From Pocillopora damicornis (lineage: Eukaryota): a DNA stretch of 64,000 bases. The position numbers and the translations under genes are program-made. Of this stretch, positions 49,856-61,700 are shown piece by piece (position 1 is the stretch's first letter; every line of letters begins with the position of its first letter). The stretch covers positions 806,001 to 870,000 of the forward strand of contig NW_020847569.1 in NCBI RefSeq assembly GCF_003704095.1, written 5' to 3'. A model generated the notes under the pieces. It was not told the origin of the DNA. It did no database searches and saw nothing but the letters and a program-made list of their open reading frames with translations.

Positions 49856-52319
49856 CAGAGGGAATATAATTAATAAAGTCTTTTACTTGTTATGCTAGTC
49901 ATCAGAATAGTCTGAAATTTACATGATAAATTATTGAGAAGTCTTCCTTAAAATGACTGTTAGTTTGGAATTTCATGACTGATCACTAGATCAGCTGCAT
50001 TGTGTTTCATTTTAGGGCCCAGGTTATGAACTCTGTCAAATCTCTAAAGCCCTGAAAGGTGAGAAAAGCTATATCATGATGAAAAGAAAGTAAGTAGCAA
50101 AGTTAGGTTTACAATTACAAGAAGTACTAAAATATTGTAAAATGCAATCACTATGGCTCAATTTTATCCTTGGTTCAAATTTTATTTTCCTTTGTTTCAA
50201 ACCCATTATTATACATTACAATACCCAAGAGTAAAAGAAAATAAAATTTGAACTAAGGATAAAATTAAATGACAATATAACCATCTGCATACCACAATAC
50301 AAGCATCCCCTCCAGGAAGATGGCTGCAGACAAGCTTGTTAAGGAAGTGAGGACTGGCTGAGGAGTTATGACGACTTGCTGTATTAGGAAGAGCACCAAT
50401 AACCACTTGATTTAACCAAACTGGACAAGCATCTGAACCAGCCATGGTGTGAAGCACAAGGTTAAATGTCTAAAAGATAATCCAAAAACCATGTCTTTAA
50501 CCTTTAAACTACCATTACCTGATTAGCAAGTCTCTCTTAAAGCTCATTACAGTCTTCCTTATATCAATTAAGTGAGCAGGAAGTTAAAAAATGAAAAAAG
50601 AGTTTCATTGACCAAGAAATGAAAGAGCAAGAAAATTTTGCAAAGTTACGGAAGATTAACCTGAAAGAGTGATCATAAAAAATTGCTCAGTTCCACATTG
50701 TTTTGAGTTAAGCCAGTGTTAGCAAACAATTTCTGACCTAGCTTTGTTGCTCTATAAAAAGTTTCAATAAATAAAAATATTTTTTCCTGCAGTTTTATCT
50801 TATGCTAAGGTAACCCCCCACAAAAAATCTAAGCCCTAATGTACACTTTATTTCAAGAGAAATAAAGGAAAAGCTCATTTTTAATCTGAGATTATCATTA
50901 AACATACAAATTTTGCCTAGCTGGTAAATTCTGTACACTCAAATGACTCGTGAACTCTGCCAAAACACCCTTTGGGCTGATAGGTTTTTGACTTCTCGTT
51001 ACTTGCTGCATGATAATTTACATATGAAGGGATATTTGAGGGGAAGGAGCAGAGTATTCTCTTTAAACAGAGAGAATGACATTTGCAAGGACACAATTAC
51101 TACAATCATCTTGGATAGATGTAATGGTTGAGAAAGTCCATGAAATCAAAGGGATGTATGTGAGATGGATGATTTAACAGTTACAAATCTGTTCAGCACA
51201 AGTGAAGGTTCCAAGTCATCTCTTTAGACATTTGATAGCATCTTTTCTCTGCTCGGTGTTTTTTGATAGAATTGGTCAGTAATGCTACCGTATCAGATTT
51301 TCAGATTTGATTCATGTCTCAATTCAAAACCAAAAAGTTTGAACCTCTGAAACTGAAAATATTAGCTGTGTGAACCTCTTAGTCAAATGTTCATGGTCCA
51401 AGGAATTATTAATAATGAAAAAAAATATATATATACAAATACCATAGCAAAATTGCAACATACAATAACTAAATGAAGTCCTCATAAGTCACCTTGAACC
51501 TCTATAAATTTAACCAGTTGGAGATTAACAGACGACCTAAAGAGTTAACTGAAAATGAAATTTTGAATACTTGGAATACAAGTTAATCGAGTACTGCAAT
51601 CGGTTTGGTATGAAACTAAAAGATTCTTCTAAAAGAGCATGTGAATCACCAAATTTTAGTATTATATGTATATTATCAATAAATCCAACTGAAGGATAAA
51701 TCAAAATAATATGAAAACTGTCTCAGCATGTTTTTTTTTAACCATTTGGTGCTCTTCATCATTTTCCTTCGCTCTTTTTTTTAATGGTTTTAGGTTCTAA
51801 GAACAAAAGTCGTGTGATAGCGCTGCCTCAAAATTTCGCTTCCTAAATGTGGCGTTGACGACAGTTAATAAAATAATTGTATTGGATAAATGTAACCATA
51901 GAATAAACGGAGGATATTGCTCCAAGGGCATTTATTTTCCGCAATCCAGTCCAGTCGAATATTACACGAGTTATCATATTTTGTTCCGTGAAACGTTTAT
52001 TTTTCGATCATCAGGAATGACCATTTGCTACATCACGATGTAACACTGATATAAACCATACGACACAATTTGAGATAAGCTGTTTGAATAAAAGCTATTC
52101 AAATTGAAAATAGAATCAATTATTGTAAACATAAATTTTAATTGAATAAAATAAAAAAAAGTGCCGTACCGCAGCGTCAACTCGTGGCGAAAGTTTTTCC
52201 GCTAAATTGTCAAATGTAACAGTCTGAAGGTTTCGCGGTTTCCCGATGATCAAACATCCTTGCACTTGAGGATCAAATGAAGTTTTAGCAGCGGAGAAGA
52301 TAAGTGTTGTTTCCACCAT
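44862..52319 (-). CDS. NPEPL1: Probable aminopeptidase NPEPL1 (M17 leucyl aminopeptidase family); exon(s) missing in assembly gap
   Basis: Exons 52319-52170, 50469-50293, 49813-49553, 49179-49098, [gap], 48745-48668, 48249-48149, 47262-47208, 46831-46664, 46111-46034, 45575-45533, 45226-45159, 44987-44862. Motifs SRHNS, MKRDCGGAA, NNTDAEGRLVLGDG, DMATLTGAQG, CPELHFSEF.SA.ADMKNSV, GERATGYGVALL. Confidence 0.93.
48956..49055. other. Assembly gap (100 N) inside NPEPL1
   Basis: Run of n, with a phase mismatch between the flanking exons. Confidence 0.95.
49825..49856. repeat. (AAAAC)n microsatellite forming the polypyrimidine tract of NPEPL1 exon 3
   Basis: About 6 tandem AAAAC units directly upstream (minus strand) of the acceptor at 49814. 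Confidence 0.85.
50155..50270. mobile_element. AT-rich palindromic MITE
   Basis: AATTTTATCCTTGGTTCAAATTTTATTTTC / GAAAATAAAATTTGAACTAAGGATAAAATT arms (~30 bp, 1 mismatch). Confidence 0.7.
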
Positions 52320-52729
52320 CTTTACGGTAAAATGACAAAATATTTGTAGGCCACACGAAAGGGACGCAAATCATACCCAGCTCACACTCGGTCATTTCGC
52401 TCGGAAATTCTGGGTATATCTTAGTTGCGAGGGCGTTTTGGAATTCTAAGTAGAATGCTTTAATACATGTACGCAATTCAAAAGCAGAAGGGAAAAGCAG
52501 TGAACAAAATTTCCTCAAAATATCAGAATTTCATTTCGATGCAGAAAGCTGCTTTTGGAAAAAGACACTCGATCTATGAATCTTTTCTTTGTAATGCTTA
52601 CCTTTGATCGTCATGCATGTTTGGCCGTTGCGTTATTTACCGGTCAGCGGTTTGTGTAAAGCCCGCGAACTCTTGGATCGATACATCCTCTTCGCTACGC
52701 AAGATTCTGGAATGATTACCGATGTAAAC
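52320..52729. promoter_or_regulatory. Bidirectional promoter between NPEPL1 and MTBP
   Basis: 410 bp between divergent ATGs; CpG-containing, with an E2F-like site (TTCGCGGG on the minus strand at ~52662-52669). Confidence 0.5.
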
Positions 52730-55700
52730 ATGGATAGATTTTTGGTATTTCTTATAGTGCATGATGATTCCTCAGCAGATCATGAGGGTGAGATATATTT
52801 AGATTTCATTCACTGGAAACGAGCTAATATGCCAAATTTTATGCCCCAATATATCGGAAATCGTGCTCATGTAATAATATGCGATCTTCTGAGCTTTTGC
52901 CAGAGCTAATTATCTACCCATCTACATATAAGCTTTTGTTGTTCACAGCTGTGCATTTATCTCTAGTTATAACAGACTAGTAACATCGAAGGTAAGGTCA
53001 GATTCCTTTAAGAAGAATGAAAAACCCACTGAAACTGGCCTCACTCCTAAAATGTGGTATCATATGGTTCCGTCAGTAGAGGTGTCTAATTAGTGTCTGG
53101 GAAACATACCTTTAATCTTAGAGGCCACAATGTTTTTAGCCTTCCTTTCTGGAATGAAATCAACCACAATTAACTTATGAAGATGAATTGATCGCTTGTA
53201 ATTGTTCTTCATCAACCTGTCTGTCATCAGTTGTTAGTGGACTAGATGATGTGATAATCTGCAGCTATCTTTCATGAGATATCAGTAAAATACGTAATCA
53301 TATCTTTCACAATACATGGGCTGACTATTGGTTACCTTCTGGTTGACTGTCACCAGATCTGTCTGCCATCTTCCAGCTACTAATTGTTTTATAAGTTATT
53401 TGATGGGCAAAACATCAGTCCATAAATTGACCAGGGTAATTTAGTAATATCAACTGAGTTGTTAACGTAAATTTCTCTACTGTAGAGAGTTTTAAAGGTG
53501 AAATTTCAAGTGTTAGCCCTTCATCAGAGAAAACTCTTTATAGTGGCCAATTTACATCATCAACTCAGTTGATAGTACTAAGTTACCTTGTTATACACTT
53601 CTAAAGATGCAGCACCACAGTTTCTTTGGAAACTTACCCCTTTCATTCATTGACAAGTCATGCCTGAAGGCTACCTATGATGTACGTAATACCCTCATTG
53701 TCTTATTTCTGCATGAATGCAAAAGAACTCCATAAAAGGTTTCCCAAGGTTTCCCCAGTTCATACACAACCTTGAAGAAATAATGATGTTGTACCTCTCA
53801 TTCTTTTGTATTAGCATGTGCCCGTTGTAATGAGGATGTGGCCCCTGCTGTTCAGGGTGTGGTCGAAGATCTTATTGTGGTTTGTGATAAGAATAAAAAA
53901 TCTCTGAAAGATATTGAAAGTAACCAGTGGACATTGATTGGTGAGTGTTATTAATGATATGGAAAAAGATTATATGATAATATGATGATTGTGTGTTGTA
54001 AAACTAAAACAAAAACAATCACAGCAACTAATGAGAGGAGAGAAAAATGTTGTAGGGTGCTGATGAGAATGTGAAATAAAAAAAAGCAAACCACCTGAAG
54101 CCTGAAAAAGGCTGAAGGCTGAGTCAGGATTGGTTAAGAGTTTTACTTTTGATTGTTTGAGAGACTAGCAAGAATTTTATATGTGGATCATATGCATAGA
54201 ATATACTGAAGCAAAACTAATGCAATTCTTCATTTTTTTTTCTTATTCTAATTTAAAAATTTCTCAAGGCATGACAATTACCTGTGAGTTAATTTTAGGA
54301 ATTTTAATGAATGAGGCCATGATGACAGCTGGAGTCTCTCTCTTTACTTTAGATCCTCTTTTAGCTCTCAAGAACTTCAACCCCACAGTTCATTTCAGCA
54401 TCATTGAGGACAGGCCATTCATAGACCAAATGGAGGTTAAGTTGATGAAAAAGTAGCATACAGACTGAAATTGCAATTGTGATCTTAAGGGTTTCGGGAA
54501 ACCTTTGACATAAGGCCCAGCATTCATTTTTAAAGTGACCAGCATGGTTGGTTTGTTCTGATTAAAGGCAAGCACCCTTAGTTTAATCCAGTAACTCTTT
54601 ACATCCATCCTATCCTACATGCTGTTCTCTATACATTTCTTAAATTACTGACAGGTAGAATTTTTTTAACACTGAAGAGTTTCTTTGGTTGGTTTGTATG
54701 AAATTGTAAGATGATATGCTTAATCAGATATATTTCTAATCTGATGTATGTGATCTTATTGTATGGTTTTCAATGGTAGATCTGATTTATGGCTGATCTG
54801 ATATGGCTTACCTTATTGTCTATTTATTTTAGACTTATTCAAAGTGGCATGGAGAGGAAAATCTTAAGGAAGTTTTGCTGTGGCTTGGAAAGTCTGATAT
54901 GCTCAAAATTTCAGCCATAATTAGGTATCTGCTGGAGATTTTAACTTTAATTGTGCTGTATTTTCTTTGACCTTGTGACCTTGTGACCTTTATATATGGT
55001 CTAGTCTAAGAAAGGACTTACCCTATGTCTGTGGTTTGTATATTTTGTAAAACCTAACTTTCTCTGCCCTCATTCATTATCATTGTTGGATATAGCTTTG
55101 TTACAATTGTAGTTACTGATGCTTTTTTTTTTTAAAGGAGTTCTCTAGATAAGGATGTTGAAATTTCAGAACGACTTCACAGTCTTGCTGATGGCTTACC
55201 ACAAGGTACATTGACTGTTTTGGCTAGGAATAGATATGAGTTACACAAAGGCAACAAAGGAATGATAGAGTCAGTCATTCAGACAGAGAGACAGACAGAG
55301 AGGCAGACAGACAGACAGACAGACTGATATACAGGCACTGATAGACAGGTAGATAGACAGAGAGATAGACAGTGAGCAAAATTAAAGAATGAATGGGACA
55401 AGAGAACAAGAAGAACATTGGTTGTGTTGTGAATAAAAAGCTAAATTATGTGGAAAAGTGGTGCTAATTTTTTAGTTAACATGATTGATGTGTACTCAGT
55501 AGACACAAAAGGACTCGTGGGGTTTTACACTGTACAACAGTGTTGTTTTTTAAATGGTTTCTTTTGTGGTTTTTTTTAGCAGGGGTCCCTGTTGATGTCT
55601 TCTGGTTTATTTGTGGGAGAGATGCCCTCCCTGTCAGGTAATGTATATTGTCTACTATAACTACATTTGTGTACTACTGCAACTCTTATTAATGATGTGA

Positions 55701-58700
55701 ATTGCATCATTCCCAGTGCTAGCTAAAAAGTTGTGAAGCAGCTTTGTTATTGTAGTGGGTCACTGACTTTGCAGCAAGCCAAATAATTCTTAGCCACCTA
55801 AGAGATCATAAGGTAAATGGTTACTTTACAGATAGATAGCAACATTTACTTCTCACAACTCTCCTTAGTAATTATTTAATGATAAAATTAACTTGTGATC
55901 AGATATTGTTTTTTTATAGTAAAACTGAGTGCTGTATGCTGAATATGTTCTTTTCATCAAAGTCTTTGAAATGTATGTTATTATTTTATGCTTCAGATCC
56001 CATATGCATCTGTTTGGAGCTTTAAAGCGACTTCAACTGTGGCACAATGCCAACATCACTGTTCTTCATAGCAACAAGTTTGACATGTAAGTTTCTCTTT
56101 CTGTTTTGCTCATATTTGTGGATATGATTCAGTTTCATTTTGACATCTGATTAATTAAGAGGGTGACACTAGCTTTATAGATCAATGAATGGAAAAAAGC
56201 AATTTAAGGAAAACCAGTGTATTCTGGAATTACACTTGCCATTCAATTGAAAACTGTTTGCAGGAACTGAGACTGTGCAGGGTTCTCTTTATATAGAAAC
56301 TCAACAAAGGTTGTTGCTTCATACTCTGTGTGTAATAATGAAATTAATGTAAAATGATGAATTTGTTTATTTTTGAAGGAGTTCATTTTTGATGTCGTGG
56401 CAAAAGGGTCTGAAGTTGTCCGTCACACCTCTCAACAAAAGTGATGTATTGTCCAAAATATTTAGTGGTGCTGTTGTTTGGCAAGGTTCTTTGGTCTTCA
56501 ATGAGGTACATTGTTCTGTAATTAGTTTTCTGTGTGGACTGGTTTTTTTTTACATGCCATACTCTCTTCATCTCAGTTTTTATTTAACAGTTTTCTTTTC
56601 TATATTCATGTTTTTAGTTCTTATCTTTCATGATTACGCTAGAATCAATCAAGAACCATCATACCAGGATTCAATTTGAGTTGTTATAGGAGCGAGACCG
56701 AAATTAACTTTGGTTCTTCCCGAATTCAGCCAAAAAGGTTTGAGTACTCTCCATTTATTGCTTGATTAAATTTCAAGCCCAGTTGTTTGGATTTCTTTGT
56801 GCTGGTCTTTTTTTGACTCATAAATTTGCCTTTCAGCCAGTACTCCGTGATTAGTAGTATTTTTCGGTTTGTGCGTCCATGTTCTTATGCGTTCGTGCGT
56901 TCTTGCGGTCGTACGTGCTTTCGTTTGTTAGTACGTGTGTTCGTTCGCTCATACGTTTGTGCGGACGTTATTGCGTTTGTGCGTTCGTGCGTTCGTGCGT
57001 TCGTTTTTCGTGCGCTCGTTTTTCGTACGTTCGCTCGCTCGTTCGCTCGCTCGTTCGTTTAATTATTATTTTTTGTATTTTGTTACCTTGTTCATAGGAA
57101 GAAGAAAAATCCCATGGATATTGGGAAACGTCTCTGCATTGCACCAGATATAACTATTCTCTGTAGAGTTCAGAAGCATACAGTTCCATTTCACATGTTT
57201 CTGCCAGTAAGACTGGGATTGTATCCTTTATTTCATCAAATTGCAGTCAAATGTAGTGCAAATTTTAACTTTGCCATTTTTCTCCCTTCACATCCAAGCC
57301 TTAGATAGGGAGTAACTTTTGATTTGTCACTGCTTAAATAACCTGTATTTGATCTCCATCTCCAAAGGCCGTGGAAATACTAAAACTAAAAACTGACTTA
57401 AAATTCCCTTATTGTTCGGTGATCATGATCTCATTCGGAAAATGGAATGAGTTCTGATGAAAATTTGACAAAAATGTTGACTTCACCTCATGTTATGTGA
57501 TTTTGAGAACTTCCAGGTTTTTCCTTTACTGGTTTGTTGTGTTGGTTGCGCATGCAGAAGCGTCAACCAATCTTCTACTAAGCTATCAGTAAGACTTGTG
57601 GAATGGCTATCATTTAAAGAAAATAAGGTTTGTATCATTGTTTGGCAATAATCGTACCGATATAACGTCGTCACGATGCGCTCACTGTGCGCTATCTACT
57701 GATGAAAAGAGCAAAGAGTTGTCTTTGACTTCTTTTCTGCAATCACAGGCCATCTTGTCAATCTAATTAGCTCTCAGCAGTGCGATTTATTGACGCATCG
57801 CACTATTTTTGCTCTTACGACCAAAACTCTGCATTAAAACGATAAATTGTGCGATTTCAAATTGGATATAATTAAGTGGCAATTTATCTTTGCGTCGTAC
57901 AATTTTGGTCCAAAGTTGTAGCTGTAATTTCAAATCGGACTCGCGCTTACTTGCATTCTTTTTAGAAACACGACTCCAAGCAATACATACAGATAAAAAC
58001 TTTCCTTTTTTTTCAGAATATTGCCTTAGTTGGATCATTACAGCTTGTTACGTCGTACAAACACTGCACACAAAGAAAGAATAGAGAAGCTTGGTTTAAC
58101 TATGTTAAATCTCAGAACCCTACAGGTATGTCTTTAAGCATAGAAAACGTTCGATTGAATTCGTACCACCAAAAGTAGACGTACCGGTTGATTTTCACCC
58201 AGAAATTTATCACAGCCAGCCAATGGGAGTTCAGTATGTATCAATTTAATATACCTTAAGCGTGGGAAAACGCGTTTGACCGAGCAAAACACATGCAGCA
58301 TTTTAAGGCAACATCTTGCAGCAATGTTAGATCGTGTTGTCAAGAGCTGGCCACACGTGCGCAACATCTTGCAACTCCCAAAACTATTGCAACAAAAAAT
58401 TGACCATTTTCAAACTAGATTCCACACCATCTGATATCTGGTAACATGTGTGTCATTTACATATACGCCAAACGCGTATAAAACGTTGTGCGCAATATGT
58501 AAGATGTTGGGTTGAAATAATGCGTGTGTTTGACCAGGCCTTCCGTCTTCTATTTGACTGGTCTCAAGGTTGACCAATGTTTTATCGACCTGTAACTGAG
58601 CGCAGTGAAGCAAACTAATGTAATCCTCGATTACTTTCGACTCTTTATCTCAAATACCCTTAAAGGAACTGTGCGCCACTCAGAAAGACACCAACCACCA

Positions 58701-61700
58701 GTCTGAAACCACTGCTTTTTCTGTATTAGCTTCAGTTACCAACAGACTGGATGGTAATACTGGAGATGAAGATCTGACAGAGTCTTGCAGGCGGTTGTGT
58801 CTCGTATGCGGTTCTGCTGAAAAAGAATTGAGCTTATATGTTCTGAGAAGACCAGAAGATCTAAATGGCTGGATCCATAAGGAGCTGTCCTCAATCCAAT
58901 CTTCATTCCTCATCTCTAATGATCAAAAGGGTAAGATATGTGGAAACATGTCCTTCACGTACCTAGAATAATTTGAAGTAACATTTGTTCTTTGTTTCTT
59001 GGTTTTTGTGGCTTAACTGTTGTTGGAAACATCGCAAAACAGAATCAACGTGTTTTGCCTCTCTTTCATTTTGAGTAGCTTAGGAACCATATTGTGTTCT
59101 TTTTTTTGTGCCGTGCAGAACCAAATTCAGAATATTATTTTTGAAACAGAGGAAATAAACCGAGAAGGATCTAGGATGGTTCACCTGAGTGTTGATGGAC
59201 CCTGAGTGTTGGTCTGGTCTAAGGATTGAACTCTCGGCTTTCCGCACGGTAGTCCTGTGCTCTTAGAACGAGCCAACGTACTAACTTGCTCCACTCGCGT
59301 TTTCTTTTACTTCCAATTAATTAGAATCAGAGTGAATACTAATTTAAGTGGCTTTTGTTGTATCAATTTCATCTTTTTTGTAGTTGGCGGGCCCTTAAAA
59401 TTTCCAGAACTGTCAGAGAGTTTCATTGAAACGGAACAAAACTTGACTGAAGTTCTCTTGCAAGAGCTGCAAAAGGAGTTGCGTAAGTGTCTGAAGGGTC
59501 AGGCCTCGCAAAGCAGAATAGAGCGAAGAATGTGCTGCCTCAAATCTTCTCTATGAGAGCGCCTAAAAGTTAGAGCTTACTCTCACTTTAGCCTTTATAA
59601 AAAGGGTCACGTAGGACTGTGATAAATTGAAGTCCTTTATCTCCGACGGTCTTTTTAGGAAGCTATCATCAAGTAATCCGCTGATAAGATCATCCCTCGA
59701 CCAGTGAGTGGAAGTTTGTGTTTCAGGTTTAAAGTGATCGCAAACTTCCTTGATTTGTAATTTTCGTTATGTCGGTATATATACGTATAATAACATTTAT
59801 TCTTTTTTTTTTGGCAGAAAATTCAGATGATCTGTTTTCGACTCACTCAGGATGTAACATCGTTGATAAAACAACTTCGACTAAGCAGCAGTTCTTAAAG
59901 GAGAAAAGGTAACCGATGTATTAGTGTAGATAACATTATGTTTAAAAGGTGACTGTACGATGCGATACTCTCACCTGCGCAGCTGAGATATTCGAGTCTC
60001 GTCTTGTCTTCCTACACTGGCTACACATGCAGCTGTAATTTTGAAGCTGTCATGCCACATTCCTTCATAAAGGGCTTCGTGTAGTCCTTTTCCAAACAAG
60101 TTGCCTTAAAACTCTAGTTCTGTCTTATCTCTGTTTGACAGTTTTCCTTAACTGGATTCCAATTCGAAATGCTAATTTGAGCCTAAAGTCTATCTAAAGT
60201 ATTTGGATTTGCATCCTTTGCTCCTCAATTTATGTGATACATGATCACTGCAAAGCAAGAAGAAGTAAGCCAGAATTTATTTCGACCAGTTATCTAGTTA
60301 GGTCAACAAGGTTATTATGTTGTGGTATTGCAGACTGGGTTGGAAAGAACATGAACTGGAACCTGTCGATAGAAATGTTTTGCCTCCAGACGTCTCAGGT
60401 GAAAAGTGACTTCATTTGTTTCCGTCGCTCAAAATGTGGTGTTTAGTTCTGACAAGAGAGGATGAAGCTATGAGACTGAACTCCTCGCGTAAGCGTTATT
60501 CGCATGGTTACCCTCACAAGTTATTTTAGACCAATGTTTTTTTTGCGAGTTTCGTGAAGGTTTCTGTCTGTGGAGAATGAACGCAAAGACGCCACATGTG
60601 ATATCCGCGTAAGCGGGATTTATAACAAGGGATTGGGGACTAAAAGGACTAAATTCTTATTGGGTCTCCTAAAAAAGAGGTAATCTGCACTGAATTAAAC
60701 AATATTCCTTGAGGAGTAAGGTCTTTTATGGAGGATTTAGTCTTAGCTTGATCGTTTCTCGGTTATTGCTTGAGCGTGCACTTTCCAAGGGCATAGCTAG
60801 CATTTTTCAAACGACGGGAGGGACCACACTATGTAACACTCAGACTACTCATACCTTACTGTCATGTCAACATCCACCCTGTGTTTCACTAAACCAGCTT
60901 AAAGCTTTGTTTGCTGATTTGTATGAATCTGAATGTTTTGTTTTATTCTTGTCGTGAGAAATTGGCTTGCTCTCAATAGTTGTCATCATATTTTTGTGTC
61001 ACTTTCGTAGAATTATCGTTGTCTCCAAGCAAATGGCCTGAGAGAGCTTGGCTTGTCAAAAATGATCCGAATGCAAGGTAACTTTAATGAAAATTATATC
61101 ATACAATGTGCATCTCACTGGCAACTCATCCTTGCCGTTCTTACCGCTCTTACCGATTATGGACTTTTTTTTTTAATTTAAAGATGTATATGGTGTCTGG
61201 AGCGTATTTCTCTTTCAACAGCTTTTCGCAATAATTTTGATGTACCCTCGTCAAAAGACTTTATCCTATGTTTGTGTCATTGTATAGGGTAAACGATTCC
61301 GTCGCGGACGAGTCAACTAAAAATTATCCGTTGTTAGCATCAGGTAGGTCATTATTGTGGCCTTGTCTCTCTTACCTTTAACTAAAATTGTGTGAGCGCG
61401 ATCACCGTAGAGTCTCTGTGGCTCAGTGGTAGAGAATCGGAGTGCGGAATCCGAAGGTCTGAGGTTCGATTCCTCATGGAGATTGTTTTCTTTGTCCCAC
61501 GCTCGTGAAAAGACGAAAAACATCTTTCTCTATCTATAAGAGCTTTTAAGAATATCAGGGAACAATAATAACTTTAATTTGAACGTAATGCTAAGAAAAG
61601 TTGCAAGATTAATCAAAAATCATTTCAATCGTTAGACTGTTTAAAGCTGCTTTCACCCGATTGCATGAAGAAGTGCGTGCAAACGATATATTTCACTTTT

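Noticed and set aside
56826-57153. Three overlapping Arg/Ser/Phe/Val-rich ORFs
   Set aside because: They are translations of a tetranucleotide microsatellite.
61405-61490. tRNA gene
   Set aside because: A and B boxes are present, but there is no proper acceptor stem and it carries a tail shared with the copy at 15447-15622, so it is a SINE.
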